Part shown: piece after piece, positions 23,329 to 36,267 of the stretch | Position numbering within the stretch: the stretch's first letter is position 1 | Layout: each line of letters begins with the position of its first letter | Assembly: GCA_965202585.1 (NCBI GenBank) | Contig: OZ241829.1 | Location: forward strand, 21,948,001-22,012,000 | Direction: 5' to 3' | From: Thalia democratica | Taxonomy: Eukaryota | Length of the DNA: 64,000 nucleotides | Notes under the pieces: model-generated | The model's database searches: none | What the model saw: the letters and a program-made list of their open reading frames with translations, nothing else | What the model was told of the DNA's origin: nothing | Translations under genes and position numbers: made by a program

Positions 23329-24033
23329 ATGTTATTTATAATACACGAACTCAGTAGAATAATTAAAATTTCAATAAACTTGGTTATTAGTTTGAGCAAA
23401 ATACTTCTTGGTTTTGCTTACTTTTCTCTGGCAGTTAGTGTTTTTCATTACTTTTTTAGAAAGAAAAACAAACAAGTTGGTTTAAAAAATGTTAAAACTT
23501 TTACATTTGATACAAAAGGTAAAAAAGATGTTGGCATTAATAAAATCTTGATCTCAGTAAATGATCCCAACTTATGTGATATCACAAATACTTGTAGCAG
23601 TCATAAGTTTTCAAACAATCAAACTTCTAACAAAGGAATCCTAGTATTAAATACTAGCGACATAAACTGTAATAGCAGTAATGAACTGTTGGTGAATCAA
23701 GAAGAAAAAAAAATATCAACAATATTAGCTCAAACTTATACAGATGTTAATAACCGTGATGCTTTGGAAGAAATGCAAAACATGTTCGAAGAAAAAGTAA
23801 ACAATGTTCAAAATGAAACAGTAGTACATAATGAAAAATTATAATTCTCTGAAAATTTTTCTGAAAGTAGTAAAGACGCCAAAAGAGAAACCCTTGTACC
23901 ATTTGAAGCAAACAAATTTGATTGTAATGTGACACTAGAGGCTAGAAACATAGAGAATATTGTGAATCTTCTTCAATGTGACAAAACTTCGAAATCTTTA
24001 TTTCTAAAAGAAACAAAAGTTAATTGCACTTAA
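23329..24033 (+). pseudogene. Family A copy 3: most divergent, 3'-truncated
   Basis: IIKISINLVISLSKILLGFAYFSLAVSVFHYF anchor with the ancestral ATG changed to ATA; in-frame TAA at 23842-23844; homology ends near 23960 with no C-terminal domain. Confidence 0.8.
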
Positions 24034-26340
24034 AATTAATTTCTACATTTAAATGAAAGTATCTGAATATTAAAACATAGTACAGTGCTTACTCATTTAC
24101 CCGGCCATATTTGGCTATTTTTGTAAGTTAGGCCGGATAAGTGCCTTTGGCCAGATAAGAACAAAACATCGTTGTTCTTATAATCTACCTAACTAATACT
24201 ATGCAATGCATATGATAAAACTTAATTATCTGTTAATTTAGCTTATTTCAATTTTCCTCAACGAAACAAAGAACTAAAACAGACGAAAAAAAAAAAAACG
24301 AAACGTTGTAAAGTTTAAAATTGATTTAACAAAAACAAACAACATCGTAAACAGTCGTACTAACATTGGGTGTTGGGACGCTTTCTTAAAAAGTAAAGAA
24401 CGGAAGTTTGTTTGACATAAATATTCTGATTCTTAACATAAGACTCTCGGAATTGGATAATTTTTGAAACACTTTCTGGTGAAGATTTTTTTCGTTTGAT
24501 CCGGCCGACTGTGTACTAATACTAAGGTATGTGTTGGCAAAATTCTAAAATACAACCCGATTTCATCGCAATCAAAACATTTTTGTTTAAACTATCCCTT
24601 GGTTTAATTTGTATTCTTATATATAAATAGCGCGAAAATATGAACTATAACATTAAGTTTTATATTTTTCTTAATTATCACGTTACTATAAACTGCTCGA
24701 TTAGAGTTATTGAAGTCAACTTTGTTAACTATTGAAGTAAAGCTTTGATTTGAGCTAGATTAAATAAACCTATTTCTCGAACAAAAAATGCGACCGAACG
24801 ATAAAGGAAGCACTATATTGATCATATTTTTAATTAATTCACACTTGTTTAAATCATCATTTTAATTTGTTACCTTAATAGCATTTTCGTTTATAATGTA
24901 TATGCAAATCAGTTTAGAGTTTCCTTTCACTAACAAACTTTTGTTGTTTAACTTTTATTGGTTTGTATTTCAAAACTAGTAACAGTAGTTCTCTAGATGT
25001 TCATTGTTTGTGATATTTAGTACAAGTTAAAGCTTATTATAAAATGCTAACCTTTTAGAAAAATTTACAAATAAGTCATTTAACATTTAAAAAATTAAAA
25101 AAAAAAGAACAAGCAGTTTTGTCAATAAAGTACCTATAATAACTTATTTAGTCAACAAAGTAAAGTTTTAGATTGAAAAATGTATTCACTTTATTTCCTT
25201 AACTGTCTTATTTTAATATATTTCTAATTTATATTACAATGTAAGCATATTCAATAGAAATTTATCCTAAAACGACTTCTTCGTTTTTGTGTGAAGATAT
25301 AAATTTTTTTGATATCTTATCTTAATCTACAGGTATCATTAATTAAAAATTATTTCTTTACATATTTATGTAAAACAAACGTACATCAGTATTCATTGAA
25401 AATTAAAAAAAAAAGCTTATTGTATTTTTCGAATTTTTATTGTTTTGATAAAACAAAAACTTTCTGAACAAATTTATATTATTTGCTATTTTCTAGTGGT
25501 AAACTATATATTTCAAACTTAATGAAGTATTTAAAATTTATTAGTTGGGCAAAGAAATGTTTTTATTTAAATTTGTCTCCACTATTGTTTTGTAATCGAT
25601 GTATTATATGCACGTAATACGCAATACAAAATGCAAAATAAAAGTTATTATAGAGTTTATAAACTAGTTAAAAGTCCCTAACTTTTTTCTATTAGTGGTA
25701 CTAAGATCTTTTTCAACATACAACTATACTCAACTAAGAAATACGTTTTAATTGTAATATAAATTTTTATATTCCTATTGTTCGACTTATATTTAACTTA
25801 AGTTTTTTACTTATGAAAATTCTTAAAGTTTAATAACTTAATTTAAGGTTTATAGCACTGATAGTTATAAAATACAGCATCTCTTTTGGATTGAAGCTTT
25901 AAGTTTTTTTCTACTATATACATACCAGCTCTTGATGTATTTGACCCTTAACACACATAAGTTTACCAAGAAAGATTCAGCAACTTTGGTTGTTTTATAT
26001 CAAATAACCTGCAAACCAGTTTGTAAAAAAAAAATTAAAGTATGAATGCTACTTGAATTTTGTTAAAAATTTTGCTTTGTAAAACATCATTAGTGATAGT
26101 GCAATAAAAACTATATTCGAGTTATTAATAGTACTGAAATATTAAACAATATATATATTATTTATGATATTAATATAAAAAACGTTTTTTATAAACGAGT
26201 TTTTTTTTATTCTTTATATAACTAAAAAGCACACAAGTAAAACAAAACAAAATATAACAGAAAAACTATCAGCAAAAAAACTAAATAGATGTATAAGCAA
26301 CTTAAATGTTTTTATCTAACAGATATGTCATTGTCCACTT
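23950..26340. repeat. Arm of inverted segmental duplication (partner about 37630-40030)
   Basis: Continuous reverse-complement match, e.g. tacagtgcttactcatttacccggcc vs ggccgggtaagtgaggaagcactgta; it extends through family A copies 4 and 6. Confidence 0.9.
24080..24520 (+). mobile_element. Possible Tc1/mariner (pogo/Tigger-like) non-autonomous remnant
   Basis: TA-CAGTGCTTACTCATTTACCCGGCC...CCGGATAAGTG resembles Tigger-type termini; matching second TIR not confirmed. Inverted copy at about 39460-39900. Confidence 0.35.
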
Positions 26341-28078
26341 ACAAATAAGATTCAACTTTTACCGCTTTAATCCTCAAATCTTCAAAAAAAATTTCTAGAA
26401 AACTCTTTACTTTGTAGACCAATTCAATAAGCTCATCGTTAACTTTTTTGTCAGGATAAACACTATTCATTTTCTGGTTCAATTCGTCGTATGTTTTATT
26501 CAAAGATTTTATGTGGTCGTTTAGCCAAAAATTACAAAATCCAATTTTAAGTTTGTCACCATCATCTGTTTCAAGCGCTAGTTTAAACTGGCCGAATAAA
26601 CACTCAACAGAAACCAATGCTTCAACCAATTTATAATAAAAATTTCGAACTAGATCAAAAGGGCTGATTCCAGAATCTGAATTATTTTCAAAGAACCTTG
26701 TTAACAAAACACCATCATTCAAGCCGTCAGAGATCATTTGCCAATGGAACCTTTCTACTTGGTACAGCTTGTTTATAAAATTGTTATTTACAGTACTGTC
26801 AATGTGTTTCAGGTGATTAGTTGTAAGTTTTTCTAGTAGGTCTTTTGAAAACTGATTTGTTTAAAAAATTTTTTTAAAAGTTTTAATACGATTTAGCATA
26901 ATTGTTTTTATCTCTGTAATATATTTGTTTGATAATGATTCAACTTTCATACAATCTTTCTTAATATCATCTCTAGTTCTATTCTTTGGTTGATTTTTTA
27001 TAGTTTCATCAACTTTATTGATATTTTCTGAAATTAGATTTAATTTTGAAGTAGTGTTAAACTTTTCATTACCAGTTGCACAAGTAGACTTCTTGTTTAT
27101 TGTTGAATTCACAATATTAGTTAAATTTTCACCATCCGGTGCTACAAAACTTACAATTTCGTTTTCTTCATTTGTCACTAGGGCTTCTCCTCTAATGTGG
27201 CTTTCATCAGATAAGTTTTCAGACTCTTCTTCATTCCTGTGATGCCTTATTGTTTGATCATGAAAACTATTTACGTTTTCTTCAATCGGGTTTTGCGTTT
27301 CACTTTGAATCAAAATATCATTGTCATTGATAATGTTTCTCTCAATGTTAGCTGACATTGTTAAAAACTTTTCTTCTTCTGAGTTCAAAAACAGGTCCAA
27401 TTTTGAAGTAGTGTTCAAGTTTTTATTACCAGTTGCTCTGGAAGACTTTTTAGTTGTTGTTGGATTCACAATATTAGTTAAATTTTCAGCATCTGGTGCT
27501 ACAAAACTTTTAATTTTGTTTTCTTCATTTGTCACAGGGGCTTTTCCTCTAATGTGACTTTCTTCAGATAAATTTTCAGACAGTTCTTCATTTTTCTGAT
27601 GCCTTGCTGTAAGATCATGAAGTTTAGTTACGTTTTCTTTAAACGGGTTTTGCGTTTCGCCCTGTATCAAAGTATCATTGTCGTCGATGATTTTTCCCTC
27701 AATATTATCCAACGTTGTTAGCAACGTTTCTTCTTCTGGGTTCAAAAAGAGTCCTTAACTATTGTTTGAGTTTATATCACTACTATTCACAGCTAGTTGT
27801 ACTTCTTTACAAGCCTGACTTTTTAACAACTTCAGACTACAAGACATCTTTTTGGTATTACTAAAGTTAGGGTCACTTACTGACTCTAAAGTATTTTTAA
27901 TGTCAACAGCTTTCTTATCTTTTGTATCACAGGTAACAGTTTTAACAGTTTTTGAACCAACTTGTTTGTTGTTCATTGTAGAAAAGTAATGAAAAGCACC
28001 AACTGTCACATACAGGCCAGCAAAACCAAGAACAATTTTGCTCAAACTTACACCCAACTTGAACGAAATTTTAATCAT
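26339..28078 (-). pseudogene. Family A copy 4 (type II) with two in-frame TAA stops and a duplicated 119-aa internal repeat
   Basis: ORFs 27755-28078, 26861-27745 and 26339-26737 are all in one frame; both stops (27755-27757 and 26861-26863) replace GAA codons of the paralog. Confidence 0.85.
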
Positions 28079-30240
28079 TTTACAAAATTCCTATGTCAAA
28101 GTATTAAACTCTTTATACATAACTTAAATTACTGTTTAAGTAAAGCATCAAGGTATGTAGAGTAAAGTTTTATTTAACATAAAACTATTTACAGTATTAA
28201 AAGTATTTTGTCTTAAGTCAAGTTAGTTAATGTGTATGATAAGAAATAAAACTTCTCCTTAAATATTCATTTTGCTAGTGTTAATTAATTCAATTATTTC
28301 TACTTCTTTTTTCAGCTGTGCAATATAAATTTTAAAAGTTTGTATTTTCTGCTTAGCTAACTAACCCTTACTAAAATTAAATTAAGTTTAGTTTTAAAGG
28401 CTGTAAATAAATCAATATAAACTTTACTTCGTAAATTTAAACAACATTTTAATAAAACACTAAGAATTTTTCTGTTTTAATTATAATTATGAGTGTAAGT
28501 CAGTGGTTTTTTCATTATAAGTTAAAACAAAAATTAGGAGTGTTTTTATCTAGAAATTGAAATTAAACTATAAAATTGACCAAAATAAGACTTTATTTTG
28601 ATGTTTAAACAAAAAAGTATTATAAGCGTTGCACAATAAAAAAAATAATTTGATAAAAAAATAAAATACAGATGTTTAAGAAATTTTTTGAATGATATTT
28701 TACATACTTAACATTAAAAACAAGAAATTGAAAACAGCACTTGTAAAGAATAAAAGAAACTTCATAAATAATTAAAGAAATAACACAATGAAATCCAAAA
28801 AATCGCCATTACCTCATTAAGGCTGCAGACCTCTAGTTTATAACAGTTTTAAAAACTTAAAAGCTATGTATCTTTCAAAAAACTTTTAAAGGTAAAACGA
28901 GCCGTCAAAAAAATTTAAAGCAAGAAAAAAAAACAATTTTAAGATATTTTATATTAAAAAAAAACTCCCTGTTAAATTAATTGAATTCAATAACAATGTA
29001 AAATATCTGAAATAAAACGATTCTGAACATATAAACTAAAATGAGCTAAAGCTTTATAATTCTACAGGTAACAACAAATTGTTGAAGTAATGCTAATGCT
29101 GATTTAAAATTGGTTTAAACCTTGTACTACTTTACATTTTTTTGAGGATTTTATAACCTTTTAGTTGAAACTAATGACAAAAGTTGTAAAGCACTAACTT
29201 ACCTAATGTGAACCAAATACACTGTTAAGTTTGAGCAAAAATTTATATTGTTTATGTTTAGACATTATGATAAACTTTTTAGGTTCAATATTATGATTCT
29301 CAAAGCTTCATAAACATTGCACAGTAAAAAACTATATATCCATAGTTTTTAGAAAATAATTTACAAACTGTTTTTACTACTATGTATTCACTAAAATATT
29401 AGCTATGAGTTTCCAATTAAAAATTATGTAGAAATACAAAGTCTAGATTTAAATGTCATACAAATTAACCATAAAGTTGAATAAAAAAAGGTTATGATAA
29501 CTTACTTTTCAAAACAGAAGTTCTATAAAGCTTGTAAAAATTTATTTTTGTTAATGGAAAATTTATAAGATGCGTCATTTTAGTTTGTACAATCAGATTA
29601 AATTTTAAGTTTCACATTGAAAAAACCTTGTTAAAGTAAATATAAAATTTTATCACAACCATATGTTTGTTTATAAAAGCTAGTTTAAAAATTTTTTTAA
29701 CCTTATGTACTCGAAATTTCATTTGCGTTTAAACAATGTTCAAAAAAGCTTACCCGTAGAAGTGAACAACTTGGAAAGCCATTTTAATTTATAATTTTAA
29801 CTTGTTTTTTAATTCATTTTGACAACAATTAGCTATTGTGACAATAAACAGTGTGTTTAAACTTTTTGATTGCATTACACAATATTTATAAAATTTAAAT
29901 AAATACTAATCAACGGATGCTAAACAAAAAAGTATGAACGAAACAAGTTATTTGAAAAAAGAACTGCATTTTAGTTAATCAACTGTAAAATCACTTTTGA
30001 AAAATCATTACAATTTTTTTACGAATGTTTAAATTGTTTTATTGAAAGTCTAATTCATATAGTGATTTTAACTTTAAAACAGTTAGTTTTCAGGTTTTTA
30101 TCTTTTCGTTTTAAAACTATAGTAATAAAAAAAATATAATTTAGTTGTAGTTCTAGCGAGCTTAAAAATTAACTTAAAAACACTTATTACAATTTATGAT
30201 TTCAATTAACGTTAAAAAACAGTATATTTTTGAAAAATTA

Positions 30241-30360
30241 CTTAATACCTGGGTATTACGTTGTAAAAAAGATATACGATCGGAGAGAAAGAGTATTTAG
30301 AGGCAAAAAAAGAATTGAGTATCTTGTCAGATGGAACGGGTATAAATTGTTAGTTTTTTT
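30241..30360 (+). pseudogene. Chromodomain gene exon 1 fragment (no start codon)
   Basis: PGYYVVKKIYDRRERVFRGKKRIEYLVRWNGY followed by intron 1 sequence. Confidence 0.85.
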
Positions 30361-30477
30361 AATTTAAGTTACGTAATATCTCATTTTATGTAAAGTTATT
30401 GTTTCTAACCGAGTGTCTTTAATTTTTAACTAATACAAGTTATTCTTTTATTAATATCTTAGTAAATAATAAACAAT

Positions 30478-30680
30478 GGACTTTACCACCGATCAAAAAC
30501 AACAGCATCCGAGACAACCTACAACCGGTTTCGTTCTATTTAGGACTCATCAGGCAGGCATAGTCATGAGAAACTAAATTTTTCATTCTACTCTCAAACG
30601 GTGGCTTCAGTACTTCGTGTTTAAGCTCACTTAGTTAGAGCTCAGCAGCGGTATCTTGAGACTATTCCTGCCTAATGAGT
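30478..30680. mobile_element. Second copy of the double-hammerhead element, truncated in the right arm
   Basis: Near-identical to 11681-11883; ends at cctgc-CTAATGA-gt, then switches to family A upstream sequence. Confidence 0.8.
30517..30559 (-). ncRNA. Minimal type I hammerhead ribozyme motif, intact core
   Basis: Same sequence as 11720-11762 (acctacaaccggtttcgttctatttaggactcatcaggcaggc). Confidence 0.8.
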
Positions 30681-31234
30681 ACTACAATGCTTATTATACT
30701 TTTTTGTTTAAATATTAAAACAAAATCTTACTTTGGTAAATTTTAACATTTGTTTCAAATTTCTAGATGAAAAAACTCTTTATTTCTTTAATTAATGATG
30801 AAAAATCACTGGTTTACACTTAGAAAGTTATAGTAATAATACAGAAAATTCCATTGTTTTTGATAAAATATTTAAAAATGACAAAGTAAAGTTTATACTG
30901 CTTTTTTATAACCTTAAAAACTAAATTTACCTTTAGTAGTAGTTAGTTAGCTAAGAAGAAAAAAATGAATTTTTTTAGATTTATATTGCACAGCTGAAAA
31001 TAAAACTAGAAATATTTGAGTAAATTAGCACTAGCAAAAGATTAAAACTATGCGAGGAGCTGTTTAATGTTCTTATCTAAAACATTAATTTGCTTGACTT
31101 AATACCAGTTACTTTTAATAATATAAATAATTCTTATGTTAGAAAACTTGACTCTACCTACGTTGATGGTTTATTTAAACAGTCAGTTCAGATATATATA
31201 AAGTTTAATACTTATGATTTAGGAATCCTGTATA

Positions 31235-32596
31235 ATGATTAAAGTTTCATTTAAATTGGATGTTAGTTTGAGCAAAATCGTTCTTGGTTTTGTTGGCTTG
31301 TCTGTGGCAATTGGTGCTTTTCATTACTTTTCTAAACAGAACAACAAACAAATTGGTTTAAAAAATGTTAAAACTGTTACATGTGATACAAAAGGTAAGA
31401 AAGCTGTTGACATTAAAAATACTTTGGAGTCAGTAAGTGAACCTAACAATACCAAAAATATGTCTTGTAATCTGAAGTTGTTAAAAAGTCAGGTTTATAA
31501 AGAAGTACAACTAGCTGTGAATAGTAGTGACAAAAACTCAAACAATAGTGAAGGACTGTTTGTGAATCAAGAAGAAGAAAAACTGTTAGCAACTTCAGCT
31601 AATACTGAATCAGAGATTATCAAAAATAATGATGTTTTAGTTCAGGAAGAAAAACAAAACTTGTTTAAAGAAAATGTAAATAATATTCATAATAAAGCAG
31701 CAAAGCATGATGAAATTAGGCAAGCCTCTGAAAATTTATCTGATAAAAGTGGGGACTCGAAGAAAGAACCCCTAGTAACAAACGAAACAAAAATTGTTGA
31801 CAGTTTTGCGTCAACAGATACTGGAAAACTAACTCGAACTGTGAATCCAACAACAAACGAAAAGACTTCTATTGCAAACAGTAATAAAAAGTTGAATAAA
31901 ACATCAAAAGTAGACTTAGTTCCAGAAAATTTGAGCGATGTTGGTAAGACAATTGAAAATCAACCGCAGGATAAAGCAAAAGACGATGTTAAGAAAGAAT
32001 GTGTAGAGTTTGGACTATTTTTAAATAAACTCTCAACCGAAGTAGAAACAACTATGCTCAATCGTTATGAATTTATTAGAAAAAAGTTAGAAGCAAATAA
32101 GCTTTCAAAAGATGTTTTTAGAAGGCTTACTACTAATCAGGTGAAGCATATTGACAGTACTAAAAGTCAAGATTTTATAAACAAGCTGTACCAAATAGAA
32201 AAGTTTCATTGGCAAGTTATCTCTGACAGTTTGGGTAAAGGTGTTTTGATAACAAAGTTCTTCGAAAGTAGTTCAGATTCTGGGATCAGCCCTTTTGACC
32301 TCGTTGGAGATCTCTACTACGGTGTAAATGGGGTACTAAAATCTTATAAACGTTTGTTTGACCAGTTAAAACAATCGGTACAAGCTGGAGATGATAACAA
32401 AACTATAATTGGAAATAGTCAGAAAGAATTGAACTACCATTTAAGCTCTTTGAATAAAGTCTATGACGAATTGAACCAGACAATGAACAGTGTTTATGCC
32501 GACAAAGAAGATAATGATGAGCTTATTGGGGTGGTCTATGAAACAACAAAGTTTCTACAAAACTGTTTTGATGGATTGAGGGATATGGCGGCATAA
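31235..32596 (+). CDS. Family A copy 5 (type I): intact 453-aa predicted signal-anchored protein of unknown function
   Basis: Single-exon ORF with hydrophobic IVLGFVGLSVAIGAFHYF flanked by Lys, an N/K/E/S-rich linker, and a conserved C-terminal region EKFHWQVISDSL..DSGISPFDLV. The last few residues are lost relative to copy 2. Confidence 0.85.
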   Translation: MIKVSFKLDVSLSKIVLGFVGLSVAIGAFHYFSKQNNKQIGLKNVKTVTCDTKGKKAVDIKNTLESVSEPNNTKNMSCNLKLLKSQVYKEVQLAVNSSDKNSNNSEGLFVNQEEEKLLATSANTESEIIKNNDVLVQEEKQNLFKENVNNIHNKAAKHDEIRQASENLSDKSGDSKKEPLVTNETKIVDSFASTDTGKLTRTVNPTTNEKTSIANSNKKLNKTSKVDLVPENLSDVGKTIENQPQDKAKDDVKKECVEFGLFLNKLSTEVETTMLNRYEFIRKKLEANKLSKDVFRRLTTNQVKHIDSTKSQDFINKLYQIEKFHWQVISDSLGKGVLITKFFESSSDSGISPFDLVGDLYYGVNGVLKSYKRLFDQLKQSVQAGDDNKTIIGNSQKELNYHLSSLNKVYDELNQTMNSVYADKEDNDELIGVVYETTKFLQNCFDGLRDMAA

Positions 32597-33339
32597 ATTA
32601 GACTTGTTTGTAATTGAACAGCAACACATCTCTCGGATAAAATCATTTACGTTTGTTATGTTTAAGACATTTCTTTTATTGAATTAATTTTTTCTATATT
32701 TTATATTGTTTTTATTGTCTGCATTTTTAGTTATATATATTATAAAAAAACTTTGTTAATAAAAAAGTTTTTATTTTATTTACAACAAATTAATATAGTA
32801 ATGTTTAAAATTCCAATATTTTTCTGTAGTTAAATATTTTAGTGTAGTATGTTACTAATGATGTATTACAAAGCAAAAATAATATTTTTAATCCATAAGT
32901 TTAACAGTTACACTTAAAAACATTTCAAAAACTGGTTTGCATATAAGTTTATATAAAACAACAAAAAGTGCTTAATAATTTAGTGTATGGTTAGGGTATA
33001 ATGACTTAAATGCTAGTATAGGATAAGTACATAAATAGTAGAACGTAAAATTTTCTTAAAAGTTAGAGTTTCAGTATTCTAAACATTCTAGTGTTACAAA
33101 CCTAAAATTAAGTTCTTAAACTTAAAAGTTAAGTTCTTAAGAATTATCATTGTAAGTAAGTTAAATTTGTAAACCTTAAATAAAAATTTAAAAAACTACA
33201 AAGTAAATCATACTAAGAAGAGAATAAAATATAACTTTTCATGTGTAACAAGTTTCGTAAGTTAATTAGTTTTGTCTTTTATCTTCTTTTACAGTTTGTT
33301 AACAAAAAATAAAGTTTTTTAAAAAATACAAATGTGTAA

Positions 33340-34330
33340 AGTATTATAGACTGTCTGCTTTATAGAGAAATATCAAGTTACCAGTGTGCAAATCGATGAC
33401 CGAGAGGTCTTTTTGCGTATCCAGGTCCTTGAATTAAAAAATTTTTGAGCGTTTTTCGTTTTTGTTGAATTGACCACTATAACAAAATCTTCTGTAAAAG
33501 TTCTTAAAAAAGTTAACAGTCCTGTCTCTAAAGTATTAGATGAATTTATTAATCAACATATTGTGAAAATAAATATCTAAAAAACTTAATATTAGCGACA
33601 GTAACTCAAATACTCAAATCAGAATCAAAAAAGATAACAGGCAACTATAGACCAATCATAATTTTATCTAACTCAAATAAAATAAATGAAAAAGTAATAT
33701 ACAATTGTTTATATAGTTTTTTTTACAAAAAATTGATATTTTAAACTGTTCGAAACTTGGTTTTCGATAGGAACCACTCTACTACCATGACTTAGTCTAA
33801 ATTTGTAGAATCTGTTCTGAACAGGTTTGATGAGGGAGAAGCAGTGTGTGAGATATTTCATGATTTAAGTAAAGCATTTGATAGTGTAGATTTAAGGATT
33901 TTGGTAAACAAAATAGAATGTTATGGTGCAAGAGGGAAAGTTGATTTGTAATTGAATTTTACTTGATTGAAAGGGAACAGTATGATAAATTTTGTAGGCT
34001 TAAACTAAAACGTGAAAAAAATAGACGTTGGAGTACCACAAGGTTCAGTCCTAGGACTTATTTTATTTCTTATACACATTAATGACCTACAAAATAATAC
34101 TAGCTCAAGATTATTAAAATTTGCAGACCATACCTTACTTTATATAACACTTAATGAAAACACGTACTTACAAGACAGTGACAACTTTAATTTGAATTTC
34201 AAAAGGTCTCAAATTGGTCTTTAAAAAAGCTATTTGAATATAAATAAACATAGAAGTATTCTATTTTATCCAGTTAAAAAATTTTTTCGAAAAGTATAAA
34301 ATTTAAATTCAAAATAGGTAAATATATTAC
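33340..34330 (+). mobile_element. Degenerate L2/CR1-like RT fragment (duplicate of 20940-21850)
   Basis: DLSKAFDSVD and VGVPQGSVLGLILFLIHINDLQNNTSSRLLKFADHT. Confidence 0.85.
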
Positions 34331-36267
34331 GTCAAGAACATTTTCAAGTTGTCGCTACGGAATTCTGCTTTGATGCCGATTACTTGCAAAAGAGACTTTT
34401 GTGTCTTGCTTGAAATCGACACAGAGATTGAGAAGGGCCAGCATAACTAAATTACATAGCCATTCAAACATTTGTTAATCCTAGTTTTTAACTTAAAAGC
34501 ATATCAGTAAGTTTCCCAAACAAAATGTTTGTTATTATTGGTTTAAAAGCAACTGATTAGCTAAAAGTACATCGGTCCCTAGTTTGCTGACCTTAGTACG
34601 ATAACTTTGTTCTGAAAAAAAACTAAAAACTATAAAAGGAAGTGATTTAAAACTATAAAAGTGTTACTTAACTCCTAAAAAGTATTTTTTGTTAAGTGTT
34701 AAACATCGTATTGATAACAATGATGTCAAATTTTATTTGTCATCAAGCTGATAGCTAATCTGCTCTACAGTTAATTATTTTCAATTCAAAAGTTTATTTT
34801 TAACAATTTTTATACGGTTTAATTTTTAAGTAACTTTTTAAAGTTATTAAAGCACCTAAACAAAACTGACCAACTTTATAATGATTACAACACTTTTTTA
34901 AGTGAGACTGAATTTAGGGTAGGTAAAAACTGAATACCTCTGTAAAGTGTGTTGTGATAAAAGTTTTGTTTTACACACAAAAAAAATTGAGCTTTCTTTG
35001 TCAATGCCCGTTTAAAATGTGGATAACTATTTTGTTAACTGCTGAGATAAGATTACACATTTCTTACATACCAATTAACTTCAGAAAATAAATTTTATTT
35101 ATTTTAAAATAATTGTAAAATTAATAAAATTTATTTTTGTTTTCAATTCTACCATCGATTTTTCAACTTTCATTGTTTTAATTTTTAGATAACTTTTTAT
35201 ATACTTTATTCCCCAACAATAGATCACCGTTCTTATTATTTCTGTTTTACTAAGGACGCACAACGCTAGTTTCAAAAATTTTAGCTATTAAAAAAAACAG
35301 ATATACTCAGAAGTATTTAAAAATCCAAACAAGTTTTAGTATTATGCTCAACTATACTCTTTTAGTTTGAAAATAATAAATTAAAATGGCTTTACTTTGA
35401 AACAAATTTATATACTCATTATTAAAGCTGTTGTAATCTTATCGAAAAAAATAGATGAAAAAAAACTATGTAGAACATATCAATAGTTTTAGTAACTTTT
35501 TAGACTACTGTGTTTATTCTTAGTCAAATAAAAGTACTTATTTTTTGTTTAAAATGCTATTTGTACTATTTAGATTTAATAGAATAATACAAGTATTTTT
35601 TAGTTGATAAAGATTAATATGCAGTTTTATATAAATGCTCTTTCTAGTTTGTTTTTTCTATTTATGAAATAATAAGCCATGAACTTTAAAAAATACTTCT
35701 TTTGAAATAATTGACCTCATAAGTATACAGAAATTAAGAGGTTTAACTGAATTCATAAAAAAAAGTTGTAGATTAAAATGGATTAATAAAAATGTCTGTT
35801 CACAAAAAAAAAATCTTAAACTATAATTGAGTAAAAATGAAATAATTACATACGTAAACACGTTCATTAAGTACACTTTACAATATTAATATTAATAAAG
35901 CAATTTCAAGTTCAGTTTTTGTTATCCAACACAGTTTTTCATGCGTTATACAATGATTACGAACTAAAAAACTCTACAAAGCAAGGCTGACAAAGCTATA
36001 TATGTAATATTAGTTGTTTTTAATTACTGCATGTTACAATGAAAGTATAGCTTATTGATCAAATAAACTTTAAAAAAAAATTAAAAATCAAGGATATGCT
36101 ATATTTGAACTATAAAAACAACTTTACTTGACCAATAAATAATTAAATGTTTAACTACTAATAACGTAATCATGAAAACGTTTCTATCTGTATCATTAGT
36201 AATTTATAACAACTAGTTTAATTATGTAACTTGCTTTCAAATAATCATAACACATGAATCCTGTAAA

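Larger units (their letters stand above)
26340..34440. repeat. Internally deleted direct duplicate of the about 0.7-22 kb unit
   Basis: 27750-30240 matches 2650-5020; 30241-30680 matches 11440-11880; 30681-31235 matches 18570-19109; 32600-34440 matches 20495-21970. Confidence 0.85.

Noticed and set aside
26861-27757. Alternative genetic code with TAA read as Glu (several GAA>TAA positions, also in the LDLa block)
   Set aside because: Intact genes here end in TAA, their Glu codons are GAA/GAG, and the affected copies have other lesions or share ancestry. G>T decay explains it.
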